Assembly: GCA_048060725.1 (NCBI GenBank)
Contig: JBGMQU010000006.1
Span: 1-54,115, forward strand
Direction of reading: 5' to 3'
Source of the DNA: Gemmatimonadota bacterium
GTDB lineage: Bacteria; Gemmatimonadota; Gemmatimonadetes; Palauibacterales; Palauibacteraceae
DNA length: 54,115 nucleotides
Below, one piece after another: positions 9,949 through 18,925 of this stretch. The notes beneath the pieces are model-generated. The model saw only the letters and a list, made by a program, of their open reading frames with translations, was not told the DNA's origin and made no database searches. Both the position numbers and the translations under genes were made by a program. Positions within the stretch are counted from its first letter, which is position 1. Every line of letters begins with the position of its first letter.

Positions 9949-11163
9949 TCAGTTCGCCAGGCGAACCAGCAGATCCCTCGCGACGAGGTCGAATACTCCC
10001 TGGAGCTCGGCAGGAGACGGCGCGAAGAACATCCGGCCCTGCGGTTGGGTCGGACTCGATATTCCACCCTCGTTGGCGATGGATCGCAGATAGTCCAGAT
10101 CGGGAGTGAGCAGCGGGTCGATCTGATTCGGGTCTCCCAGCGCGATCGAGTAGATCACGATCCCCTGGCTTCGGATCGCGTCCGCCATGACGAGGCCGGC
10201 CTGCTGGCTCTGGCTTCTAACCGTCGCCTCGTCCCACCCGAAACAGACCAGGAAATCGGGGCAGCCGTCAGGCGAGACCAGGATGTCCGGCGGAATGGCG
10301 TCGGGGTTGTCGAAGTAGCCACGCACCGCATTCGATGTCGCCGCGTTCGTGGAGATGATCCGATCCTGCGGGTTGCCCGGGAGTCCGATGGTTGCCCGCG
10401 TCGCGGTCGGGCGCCCATCGGTGAAGAACACGACGACCTTCCCCGATGTCTGCCGGATGTTGCCGCGTTGCATCTGCTGGAGGGCGAGTCGCAACCCCTC
10501 GCCCATGTTCGTGTCCCCGGCCGAGGGCATCGCGCTGATCTCCGACGTAATCGCGCGCTTGAAGTTGGGCCCGATCTGAAAGCGGTCGACGCCGGTGAGT
10601 TGGAAGGAGACGAGTCCCAGCTGGTCGATCGAGTCGTCGAAATAGCCGACGAAGTTGCGGGCAGCGTTTTGGAGATTGCCCCAACTATTCGTGCGCCTGA
10701 GTGACCCGGACTGATCGAGCACGAGGACCAGGTCGAGAGGCGTCACCGCCGCGGTGGCGCTCACGCCCAGCGTCATGTCCTGCCGTCCCAGCACCTTCAT
10801 GAACGTGGTCGGTATCGTACGCCCGGCCTGCATCGTGATCGTATTCTCGCCGCGTGAATTGACGCCGAACTGGATCGACGTCGCGATGTCACCCACACCC
10901 GGCGCGACCCCGTTGGCCCTTGCGACGGCCGTCGCCTCGCTAACGGCCGCCGGCTGACCCAGGCGAAGGGCGCGCGCACCCGCCAGCGCACCGGCGTCCA
11001 CCGCCCTCCCCAGTCTCAGCCGCTCGACGTACCCGCGGCCCATATCGACAGCGAGACCCGTGGATGCGAGGACCATGATCAGGGCCACGGCCACGAGGGC
11101 CGCGATGCCCCCCCGCTCGTCGCGCAGGGAATGCCCGAGACGCATGCGAATGTGACGGATCAT
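9949..11163 (-). CDS. TadG-like pilus-associated protein with VWA domain
   Basis: RDERG prepilin-like site plus hydrophobic helix, LAVDMGR...AVDAGALAGA, and MIDAS motifs LVLDQSGS, GDTN and FFTDG. Confidence 0.85.
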   Translation of the reverse strand: MIRHIRMRLGHSLRDERGGIAALVAVALIMVLASTGLAVDMGRGYVERLRLGRAVDAGALAGARALRLGQPAAVSEATAVARANGVAPGVGDIATSIQFGVNSRGENTITMQAGRTIPTTFMKVLGRQDMTLGVSATAAVTPLDLVLVLDQSGSLRRTNSWGNLQNAARNFVGYFDDSIDQLGLVSFQLTGVDRFQIGPNFKRAITSEISAMPSAGDTNMGEGLRLALQQMQRGNIRQTSGKVVVFFTDGRPTATRATIGLPGNPQDRIISTNAATSNAVRGYFDNPDAIPPDILVSPDGCPDFLVCFGWDEATVRSQSQQAGLVMADAIRSQGIVIYSIALGDPNQIDPLLTPDLDYLRSIANEGGISSPTQPQGRMFFAPSPAELQGVFDLVARDLLVRLAN

Positions 11164-11678
11164 CAGAACACCGTCCGATCATACAGGGTATCCGGCACCA
11201 CCGCGTTCATGAGCGCGTTGAGTGGCGTGAACGAGTTGTATGGGGCGAATACCTCGACCACGTAGTAGAAGCTCCCGTTTGCGAGCCCCTGACCGACGAG
11301 CGGAGTGGCCGGGGCGCCCAGCAGGCCCACCCGACTCAACGTGGTGTACCCGGGTGTCGCCACCTGGTCGACGACCGTCGGGACGCCACCAAGGACCTGG
11401 ATCTCGCTCGCGATCACGCCGCCGCCACTCTGCAGGCCGATCGAGGCACCGTTTCGGGCCGTGACGAGGAGCACGGAATCCAGCGCGCCGCCCCGAGAGG
11501 CCAGGTTGGCCCCTTCCCGCGTCAGGCCCGAGACGGAGTGGGTGACGTCGAGTAGCATCCCGAGCTCGAGCACACCGAACGTGAGGGTGAGCAGCACCGG
11601 CAGGATCAGTGTGAGTTCCACCAGTCCCTGGCCCCGGTCGAAACGCCTGCGCTTCCGGTTCTTCATGTTCATGTTCAT
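11163..11678 (-). CDS. TadE/TadF-like pseudopilin
   Basis: RGQGLVELTLILP...GVLELG...TREGANLA. The ATG overlaps the upstream stop. Confidence 0.82.
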   Translation of the reverse strand: MNMNMKNRKRRRFDRGQGLVELTLILPVLLTLTFGVLELGMLLDVTHSVSGLTREGANLASRGGALDSVLLVTARNGASIGLQSGGGVIASEIQVLGGVPTVVDQVATPGYTTLSRVGLLGAPATPLVGQGLANGSFYYVVEVFAPYNSFTPLNALMNAVVPDTLYDRTVF

Positions 11679-12160
11679 CAGAATGACGGCTCGTTCATGA
11701 CGGCGGCGGACACGGTGAAGTCGATGAAACCGTTGCCGAAGAATTTCGCGACAGGCGCCAGTACAAACGCGTATTGGTACGTGGCGTCGATCGTGACGAT
11801 TTGGCCCGGTCCCCCCCCATCGGCCGGGTTGAGACGGATTTGCGTGACGTTGATCTGGAGGGCGGCCGCCCTGTCGATGATGACCTGGACGATGGAGGTC
11901 GAACGAGCCATGGGTTGGCCGGTCATCGGATCGGTCAGGGTCTGTCCCGTCACCGCGAAACGCGCCGCCTCGGAGACCGCGTTCCGCATGCTGAGGCGGG
12001 TGTAGAAATGGCGGCCGAACTCGAAGATCCCGGCCAGCAACAGCAGGGCCAGGGGAAGCGCCAGCAGAAACTCGACGGCGCTCTGCCCTCTCTGGTCCAG
12101 CTTTCGGCTCCACTGTCGGATCGTCCGTCGCATTGGCTCGCGTGTCTCCAGCCTGTCCAC
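11678..12160 (-). CDS. TadE-like pseudopilin
   Basis: RGQSAVEFLLALP...GIFEFG...AVSEAARFA. The start may be at 12133. Confidence 0.85.
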   Translation of the reverse strand: MDRLETREPMRRTIRQWSRKLDQRGQSAVEFLLALPLALLLLAGIFEFGRHFYTRLSMRNAVSEAARFAVTGQTLTDPMTGQPMARSTSIVQVIIDRAAALQINVTQIRLNPADGGGPGQIVTIDATYQYAFVLAPVAKFFGNGFIDFTVSAAVMNEPSF

Positions 12161-12363
12161 GCGCCGCTCAGGTCCCCCGCGTCCCGACCCGTCCTCCCAT
12201 TGCCCGAGTTACGCTCGCAATGGTCCGGTGTTGTAAGCGCCTCCACCGTGGAGGCTTACGAGACCGCCGATCTTCGACGGTCGATCACCGGGTGGACTGC
12301 TGGGGAGGGCAGGCCGCGTACCAAAGGCTCGCCTCGCAAGCACTAGCCGTTCCCTCTGGTATA

Positions 12364-12442
12364 CGTAAGTCGTGTAAATACAACAGCTTATGCTCTATCG
12401 TCTCCATGGAAGACGCAATGTGAGCCAGGGCAACGACTTACG
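12364..12442. promoter_or_regulatory. Two imperfect 29-bp palindromes (CGTAAGTCGTTG-N5-CAACGACTTACG-like)
   Basis: 12364-12392 CGTAAGTCGTGTAAATACAACAGCTTATG and 12414-12442 CGCAATGTGAGCCAGGGCAACGACTTACG. The outer arms form a perfect 11-bp inverted repeat (12363-12373 / 12433-12443). Confidence 0.5.
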
Positions 12443-12583
12443 TGAATGTGTGGCGTCCTTTCGACAAGATGAGGCGACCGTCCCTCAGCGATGTGTAGAG
12501 AAAGGTCCACGTCAGGAGGCCGGTACGAGGGGGTGCGCCGTCGGACTGGCAATTCGACGAACGACCGAACATCTTCGTGCGCA

Positions 12584-12657
12584 CGGGGCGTAGCGCAGTC
12601 CGGTAGCGCACCTGCTTTGGGAGCAGGGGGTCGCCGGTTCGAATCCGGCCGCCCCGA
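12584..12657 (+). tRNA. tRNA-Pro(TGG)
   Basis: Acceptor stem CGGGGCG/CGCCCCG, anticodon arm CCTGC-TTTGGGA-GCAGG, T-loop GTTCGAATC. CCA is not encoded. Confidence 0.97.
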
Positions 12658-12669
12658 CTCAGGTGGGGA

Positions 12670-13230
12670 TCATCCGTCGCCGATGATCCGGGACACGAAC
12701 CGAATCACTTCGTTTCGCACCAGACCCGGATCGAGATTCTCGATCTCGTACGACCGTGACGGGAGTTCCTGGAGTTCGCCGGCATTCTCCGTGGACCCGG
12801 CGACTGTCAGCCGGTCGGGGAACTGAAAGCGAAAGCTCAGTACACTCGAACCCCCGCCGTTGTCCTTCGTCTCACGAGGCCAAAAGGTACACGCCAGCGC
12901 CGGCTGCCCGAGAATGTCCACGCGCGATTCGACGTCCCAGCCATGGCCGTGGTCGATGATCTCATGACCCAGATCGTGCAGGGCCGGAGCGATCACCGTG
13001 TCGAGGAGACTGCTCGCATCCAGGCGAAACTGTTCGCGGCGTTCTGCGTCGCTCCGTTCTGCGGCGGCGGCCGATTCGAACTGACGGTCGTAGGCGTCGA
13101 GGACGGCCGATAAGCCGTCTGCGTCGCGGGATGCGAATCCGTTTCCGGATTGCGCCGGTGCGGTCACTCGACTACGCCGCCGAGCCCTCGTCCACGACCG
13201 AATGGCCTTCATCTCGAATCGTAATGCCAT
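12670..13230 (-). CDS. Hypothetical protein (~186 aa)
   Basis: ATG at 13230 preceded by a GAGGAG RBS. Globular-looking C-terminal half. No motif recognised. Confidence 0.65.
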   Translation of the reverse strand: MALRFEMKAIRSWTRARRRSRVTAPAQSGNGFASRDADGLSAVLDAYDRQFESAAAAERSDAERREQFRLDASSLLDTVIAPALHDLGHEIIDHGHGWDVESRVDILGQPALACTFWPRETKDNGGGSSVLSFRFQFPDRLTVAGSTENAGELQELPSRSYEIENLDPGLVRNEVIRFVSRIIGDG

Positions 13231-13310
13231 GTCTCTCCTCCAGTTCCCCCCACCCTTCACGCAGCAGCAACTCGTATGCCCGTAGCGCATAAACGTGCGC
13301 TGCAACGGAT

Positions 13311-13334
13311 TAGAAGGGTGTTGAAGAACGCGGT
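13311..13334 (+). repeat. Dispersed 25-bp motif, copy C
   Basis: TAGAAGGGTGTTGAAGAACGCGGT. Confidence 0.6.
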
Positions 13335-13340
13335 CTGAGG

Positions 13341-13979
13341 TCAGGGCCCCGAGGAACCGTCGGCCAGCGCCTCCAGCCAGGGCAGGCAGTCGCGCAGCGC
13401 GAGCGCGCGATGGCTCGTGGCCCTCTTCGTCGCGGGGGGGAGTTCGGCGTAGCTGGCGTCTCCGCCGCCGAGGAGGAACAGCGGATCGTACCCGAAGCCG
13501 CCACTGCCACGCCGCTCCATCGCGATCGAACCGTGGACGGTACCCTCGAACGTGGCGTGTTCGAGGTCATCGACGATCGCGATCGCGCAGCGGTAGTGGG
13601 CGCCGCGACCGCCGGGGGGCACACCCGCGAGCCGGTCGAGAAGCCACCGGTTGTTCGCCTCCGCCCTTCCCCACCGTTCGACCCAATCGTCCGGAGCGAA
13701 CCGTCTGGTTCGTACGCCGGGGCCGCCGTCGAGCGCGTCGACGCATAAGCCGGAGTCGTCGGCCAGTGTAGGAACGCCCGACCGGTGGTGAAAGTACCGG
13801 GCCTTGGAGAGGGCGTTTCGCGCGAACGTCTCGAAGGGTTCGAGTTCGGCCTCTTCGGCGAGCTCCGGAAGGCCGAGGTCCTCGATGCTCAGGAAGCGGA
13901 CGGGCGCGTCCGCGAGGATACTCCGGATCTCCTCGAGCTTGTGGGCGCTGCGGGTCGCGACGAGTACGGGGCCGGTCAG
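13341..13979 (-). CDS. rdgB: RdgB/HAM1 non-canonical purine NTP pyrophosphatase
   Basis: Motifs VATRSAHK, TFARNALSKA, LADDSGLCVDALDGGPGV, GFGYDPLF and SHR. Start uncertain (CTG 13979 or TTG 13988). Confidence 0.92.
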   Translation of the reverse strand: MTGPVLVATRSAHKLEEIRSILADAPVRFLSIEDLGLPELAEEAELEPFETFARNALSKARYFHHRSGVPTLADDSGLCVDALDGGPGVRTRRFAPDDWVERWGRAEANNRWLLDRLAGVPPGGRGAHYRCAIAIVDDLEHATFEGTVHGSIAMERRGSGGFGYDPLFLLGGGDASYAELPPATKRATSHRALALRDCLPWLEALADGSSGP

Positions 13980-14938
13980 TCCGCCCAAAGGGTCTCTGCG
14001 GTGAGTCGCTCGGCGAGATTCGGGTGGACCTTCCACATATACGTACCCATCGCGGCTGCGGCGAAGATGTTCCCGACCAGAATCGACCACCAGGCCAGCT
14101 CTTGAAGAATCCAGCGCCCGAGAACGGCGACCATGGCGATGAAGAACACCTCGAAAACGACGAAGAGAATCAGCAGCCCGAATGCCAGCGGCGGAAACTT
14201 CTCGACCTGCATCACGAGGCCGGAAAAAAGCACACCGAAGAGGATGAAGAAGGCGAAATGCACGAAGGAGTAGCCCAATACCGGCGCCGCGGAGACGACG
14301 ACAGATTCGGGTGTCCCGCCCCCCTGGAACAGGATGGTTGCGAGCGCGGCGGGTGTGTAGAGCGGCTGTCGCAGAATCGAGTCGATAATCAGGAACCAGA
14401 TCGCCACCACCACCGCGCCGAGAAGCCCGGCGACGATCCCCTGCCGCGTGACCGGGTGCGCCTGCAGGAAACTCAGCACTCCGGTGACACCGGGTTCCGT
14501 GCTCACCCAGTGCAGATGCGTGAACATGACGATGCCCGCCAGCGTGTTCCCGAAGAACACGGCGGGCCACCCGGGAGCGGATAGTATCAGCTGATCGGGC
14601 GCCCGGATCAGAGCGACATAAAAGACCAGCGAGCAGGTGAACAGACCGTAGGCCGCCCCAATCAGGATGTTCCGGGGCAGGCCGACCCAGTGGATCAGAC
14701 TTGCCGCGAGAACACCGAGGCCCCCCCACGCAACAAAATGGAGCACCGTGTATCCGAGGATGACGCCGACAGACGGATCGATTGCGGCGCGGCTCACGAT
14801 CGCGCCCCACAGAAACGCCGGCGTCCGGAGTGGCTCCCCCTGCCCGAGATCGTAGAAGTAGAAGAGTACGGCGAGAACGAACCCGGCCAGCAGCCCGGCG
14901 ATCAGTCCATCACGGACCGTGCGTGCCGGCAGGCTCAC
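13976..14938 (-). CDS. Polytopic membrane protein with internal duplication
   Basis: Two homologous halves: GLIAGLLAG..YDLGQGEPLRTPAFL..LGYTVLHF and GIVAGLLGA..IDSILRQPLYTPAAL..LGYSFVHF. Confidence 0.8.
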   Translation of the reverse strand: MSLPARTVRDGLIAGLLAGFVLAVLFYFYDLGQGEPLRTPAFLWGAIVSRAAIDPSVGVILGYTVLHFVAWGGLGVLAASLIHWVGLPRNILIGAAYGLFTCSLVFYVALIRAPDQLILSAPGWPAVFFGNTLAGIVMFTHLHWVSTEPGVTGVLSFLQAHPVTRQGIVAGLLGAVVVAIWFLIIDSILRQPLYTPAALATILFQGGGTPESVVVSAAPVLGYSFVHFAFFILFGVLFSGLVMQVEKFPPLAFGLLILFVVFEVFFIAMVAVLGRWILQELAWWSILVGNIFAAAAMGTYMWKVHPNLAERLTAETLWAD

Positions 14939-15126
14939 CGGCGGGCCTCGAAATCGCCCTGCTCCTCGAGGGCCTGACCGACCTCGCCTTCCCGCTGGCG
15001 GCGCAGGGCCCTGTAGAGGCCACCCCCGACCACGAGCAGCAGCAGGTACGGCATGGAGGCCAGAAAGAGCATGCTCCAGAAAAAACCGTCGATGACGCCG
15101 CCGTCCATCGCTCCCATCGGATTCAT
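14935..15126 (-). CDS. Small single-TM protein (63 aa)
   Basis: ATGA overlap with the heme o synthase stop and GTGA overlap with the next gene. One TM segment (FFWSMLFLASMPYLLLLVVGGGLY). Confidence 0.65.
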   Translation of the reverse strand: MNPMGAMDGGVIDGFFWSMLFLASMPYLLLLVVGGGLYRALRRQREGEVGQALEEQGDFEARR

Positions 15127-16067
15127 ACCTTGTCCACCGTCAGAGCCAGAAGGAGGAGCGGAAGGTAGATGACGGAGTACTTGAACACCTTCCGGGCCAT
15201 CCCCGCATCGGCGGTCCGCGCGAAAGAAACCGACCGCCACAGAAACACGAGTCCGAGCGCCAGCGCCGACAAGAAATAGATCGGTCCGGCGATTCCGATC
15301 ATCGTCGGGAGCAGGGTTACGGGCAAGAGCGCGAGGGTGTACACCAGCGTCTGATGACGCGTGCGAAATGCGTTCTGGTCCCCCACAGATAGCATCCGGA
15401 TGCCGGCGGCCTCGTAGTCGTCCCGGAGGATCCACGACAGCGTCAAGAAGTGGGGCAATTGCCACAGGAAGAGGATCGCGAAGAGCGCCCATCCCCCTCC
15501 GCCGAGAGCCCCCGTCGCGGCGGTCCAACCTCCGAGGGCCGGAAGCGCCCCCGGAAGTGCTCCCACGACCGTCGAGAACGAGTGTACTCGCTTGAGCGGG
15601 GTGTACATGAAGTCGTAGCTGGCGAAGGTGGCGAACGCGAGCGCGGCCGTGAGGAGGTTCGTGAACACCGCCAGGTACAGGATACCGACCGCCGCCAGGA
15701 CGCCCGAGAACACGGCCGCCGGCATCGTGCGTATGCGGCCCGACGGAAGCGGCCGGTTTCGGGTCCGCTTCATGAGCGCGTCGACGTCACGCTCGATCAC
15801 CTGGTTCATGGCGCTGGTACCGGCGGCCACCAGAGCCACGCCGAAGATCGTATGCGCGAACAGGACTACGTCGAACGCGCCGGAGCTTCCAAGGTAGAAA
15901 CCGGCGGCTGCGGTTACCATCACCAGGCCGGTGATCCGCGGCTTGGTCAGTTCGAGGTAGTCTCCGACCCTCGACCGTAGCGCCGACGCCGACGTAGACG
16001 TAGAGGAGCCTCGGGCCCGCTCCAACGTCGCGGCGGCAGCCCCCTTCACAAAGGTCTCCGAGTCCAA
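15123..16067 (-). CDS. ctaB: Protoheme IX farnesyltransferase (heme o synthase)
   Basis: Motifs YLELTKPRI, NQVIERDVDALMKRTRNRPLPSG, YTPLKR and WQLPHF. Confidence 0.95.
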   Translation of the reverse strand: MDSETFVKGAAAATLERARGSSTSTSASALRSRVGDYLELTKPRITGLVMVTAAAGFYLGSSGAFDVVLFAHTIFGVALVAAGTSAMNQVIERDVDALMKRTRNRPLPSGRIRTMPAAVFSGVLAAVGILYLAVFTNLLTAALAFATFASYDFMYTPLKRVHSFSTVVGALPGALPALGGWTAATGALGGGGWALFAILFLWQLPHFLTLSWILRDDYEAAGIRMLSVGDQNAFRTRHQTLVYTLALLPVTLLPTMIGIAGPIYFLSALALGLVFLWRSVSFARTADAGMARKVFKYSVIYLPLLLLALTVDKV

Positions 16068-16080
16068 CCGTGACTCCAGA

Positions 16081-16362
16081 TCAGACGTATTCCATCATGA
16101 TCACGACGATCATGATCGCGACGGCGGGGAGAGGTGCCAGCGCCACCAGGCGAAGGCGCATCGGCTCCCACTTCATATGCATGAAATAGGCGGCGACCAG
16201 AAGCGCCTTCCACACGGCCATGATCAGAAGCGCGGTGACGACAATCCCTTTCGAGATGGGCATGGTTGCTATGCCGACCTCGGCCGCCGTAAGGATGAAC
16301 AGGTACAGCCAGATGAGCATGTAGTTCGGAGCTTTGTGCTCTCCCACTGCATGATCGCTCAT
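16081..16362 (-). CDS. ctaF: Cytochrome c oxidase subunit IV family
   Basis: LTAAEV...KALLVAAYFMHMKWE. Three TM segments. Confidence 0.88.
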   Translation of the reverse strand: MSDHAVGEHKAPNYMLIWLYLFILTAAEVGIATMPISKGIVVTALLIMAVWKALLVAAYFMHMKWEPMRLRLVALAPLPAVAIMIVVIMMEYV

Positions 16363-16414
16363 GAAACGGCTCCGTTCCGCGAAGGAGGACGCGTCGATTC
16401 TCGCAGTGTCGTCA

Positions 16415-17035
16415 TCAGATCAGGTAGACGACGGTGAACAGAATGATCCAGACCAGGTCGACGAAGTGCCAATATAGGCCCAACACCTCCAGGCCGTGAG
16501 TGTTGTGGGCGCCCCACCGACCTCTGAAGGCGTGGAACGAAGCCCACGCCAGACACACCACGCCGAGAAACACGTGAAACCCGTGGAACCCCGTCATGGT
16601 GAAGAACGTGGCTCCGTAGAGTCCGGCCTTCGGGGTGAAGCCGTGGCTGCCCTGCCACTCTCCGTGGAGCACGAGCTCGGTGTACTCGAACACCTGGACG
16701 CCGAGGAACATCGCACCGAGCACCGTCGTAGCGACCAGATAGAGCTTGATGCCTTTCTGGTCGTCGGCCTGCGCCGCCGCAAACGCCTTCACCATCGTCA
16801 CGGAACTGCAGATGAGCAGGAACGTATTGATGGCCGTCACGGGGATGTTCAGAACCTCGCCAGGCGTGCCCCACGTATCCGACGCGCCGAAGCGCAGCAC
16901 GATGTACGATCCGATCAACCCCGCAAAAAACATGACCTCCGAACTGAGGAAGATCCACATCCCCACCTTTTGGGTGTAGACATCCAGACCGCGTTCGTGG
17001 GTCCGTCCAGCTGTCGCCGCAGCGGCGTGGGCCAT
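16415..17035 (-). CDS. ctaE: Cytochrome c oxidase subunit III
   Basis: Motifs GMWIFLSSEVMFF, NTFLLICSS, FFTMTGFHGFHV and YWHFVDLVW. Confidence 0.95.
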   Translation of the reverse strand: MAHAAAATAGRTHERGLDVYTQKVGMWIFLSSEVMFFAGLIGSYIVLRFGASDTWGTPGEVLNIPVTAINTFLLICSSVTMVKAFAAAQADDQKGIKLYLVATTVLGAMFLGVQVFEYTELVLHGEWQGSHGFTPKAGLYGATFFTMTGFHGFHVFLGVVCLAWASFHAFRGRWGAHNTHGLEVLGLYWHFVDLVWIILFTVVYLI

Positions 17036-17104
17036 TCGCGTGTCCCCTTTTTCTCGGTTTAGAGGGGCGCTGATCCCCTCGGCGGTTCGTTGATCGGGGT
17101 GCGT

Positions 17105-18868
17105 CTAGTGCTCGCCGCCTGCCGGCGAAACCACGTCGGGTCGTTCGTTCTGAGCGAGCCAGTCTTTGTCCTCCACGTCCGGGTGGCTGTACTCGTGCGG
17201 ACCGTGGTAGACGACCGGAGTCTCCGCCCAGTTCCCGTGCTTCGGCGGCGAGGGAGTCTGCCACTCGAGCGTCGTGGCGCGCCACGGGTTCGCGTCGGCT
17301 TTCTTCCCCTTGAATATGCTCCAGAAGAAGTTGAAGGCGAACAGGAATCCGGACAGGTAGAGTGCGAAGGCGGAGTAGGTAATCAGGGCATTGGTGCCCT
17401 GGACTCCCTGAAGGTGATTGTAGCCCGTGGAGTCATAGATCCGGCGCATCATCCCCGCCATTCCGACGCCGTGCATCGGGAAGAAAACGAGGTTGAAGAA
17501 GACGAGCGTCAGGACGAAGTGAATCTTCCCGAGCGTCTCGTTCATCATCCGCCCGAACATCTTCGGGAACCAGAAATAGATTGCCCCGAAGAGGGCGAAC
17601 AGGCTGCCGCCGAACAGCACATAGTGGATGTGCGCGACGATGAAGTACGTGTCGTGAATGAAGATGTCGACCGGGGTGGAGGCCATGAAAATTCCGGACA
17701 GACCGCCGATCGCGAACATGGCCACGAAGCCGATGGCGAACAGCATCGGCGTGTGGAAGTGAAGATTCCCGCGCCACATCGTCCCCATCCAGTTGAACGT
17801 CTTGATCGCGGACGGGATCGCGATGAACATCGTCGAGATCGTGAAGCTCAGCCCGAGCATGGGGTTCATCCCGCTCTGGAACATGTGGTGGCCCCAGACG
17901 ACGAACCCGAGGAACGCGATGCTGATGATCGCCCACACCATCGCGTGGTACCCGAAAATCGGCTTCCTCGACCCGGCGGCGAGAATCTCGGACGTGAAGC
18001 CCATCGCCGGAAGAATCAGGATGTACACCTCCGGGTGACCGAAGAACCAGAACAAGTGTTGCCAGAGAAGCGGCTGTCCCCCGCCCTCGGGCAGGAAGAA
18101 CGTCGTCCCGATCGTCTGGTCGAAGATCAGCATGATCCCGGCGGCCGATAGAACGGGCATGGCGAGCAAGCCAAGAATCGCCGTGATGAACAGCGCCCAT
18201 ACCGTAAGCGGCATGCGGAACCAGGTCATCCCGGGCGCCCGCATGTTGATGACGGTGGTGATGTAGTTCACCGACCCGAGAATCGAGGACAGGCCGATGA
18301 GCACCACGCTGAGAAGCCACAGCACCTGGCCGAGAGCCACCCCGGTCAGGTCAGGTCGCGCGCTGAGCGGAGCGTAAAGCGTCCAGCCGGCACCGGCGGC
18401 CCCGCCCACCACGAAGAAACTCAGGAGGGTGAGGATTCCGGCGGGAATCATGATCCAGAAGGAGATCATGTTCAGACGCGGGAACGCCATGTCGTCTGCC
18501 CCGATCTGGAGCGGGATCAGGTAGTTCGCGAAGACGCCCACCAGCATCGGCATGATGGCGAGAAACACCATGATCGATCCGTGCATGGTCACCAGAGAAT
18601 TGTAGAACTCCGGCAGGATGTATCCGCTCGACACCATCGTCTCGGGCAGCAATCCCCCGAGTGGCAACGTCCGGTCGGGCCAGGCGATCTGGAAGCGCAT
18701 CATGATCGCCAGAAGCCCACCGATCATGAGGAAGAACAGGGTGAAGATGAGAAACTGGATCGCGATGACTTTGTGATCCGTGGAGAACATGTACTTCCGC
18801 AGGAACGATTGCGGATGTTCCTCATGCAGGATCGCTCGACCCGTGCCTTCGGCTACGATCGTGGCCAT
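17105..18868 (-). CDS. ctaD: Heme-copper oxidase subunit I, type A1
   Basis: Motifs STDHK (D-channel), TMHG, WFFGHPEVY, VWGHHMF, AIKTFNW (K-channel) and HDTYFIVAHIHY. Confidence 0.97.
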   Translation of the reverse strand: MATIVAEGTGRAILHEEHPQSFLRKYMFSTDHKVIAIQFLIFTLFFLMIGGLLAIMMRFQIAWPDRTLPLGGLLPETMVSSGYILPEFYNSLVTMHGSIMVFLAIMPMLVGVFANYLIPLQIGADDMAFPRLNMISFWIMIPAGILTLLSFFVVGGAAGAGWTLYAPLSARPDLTGVALGQVLWLLSVVLIGLSSILGSVNYITTVINMRAPGMTWFRMPLTVWALFITAILGLLAMPVLSAAGIMLIFDQTIGTTFFLPEGGGQPLLWQHLFWFFGHPEVYILILPAMGFTSEILAAGSRKPIFGYHAMVWAIISIAFLGFVVWGHHMFQSGMNPMLGLSFTISTMFIAIPSAIKTFNWMGTMWRGNLHFHTPMLFAIGFVAMFAIGGLSGIFMASTPVDIFIHDTYFIVAHIHYVLFGGSLFALFGAIYFWFPKMFGRMMNETLGKIHFVLTLVFFNLVFFPMHGVGMAGMMRRIYDSTGYNHLQGVQGTNALITYSAFALYLSGFLFAFNFFWSIFKGKKADANPWRATTLEWQTPSPPKHGNWAETPVVYHGPHEYSHPDVEDKDWLAQNERPDVVSPAGGEH

Positions 18869-18925
18869 GTCACCTCGTCTCGTGGTTCGCTGTGCGCATT
18901 CGACCGCCGCGTGAGCAGGTCCGCA

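Noticed and set aside
12584-13340. Integrative element at tRNA-Pro (also considered for tmRNA)
   Set aside because: I found no integrase and no duplicated tRNA or tmRNA 3' end.
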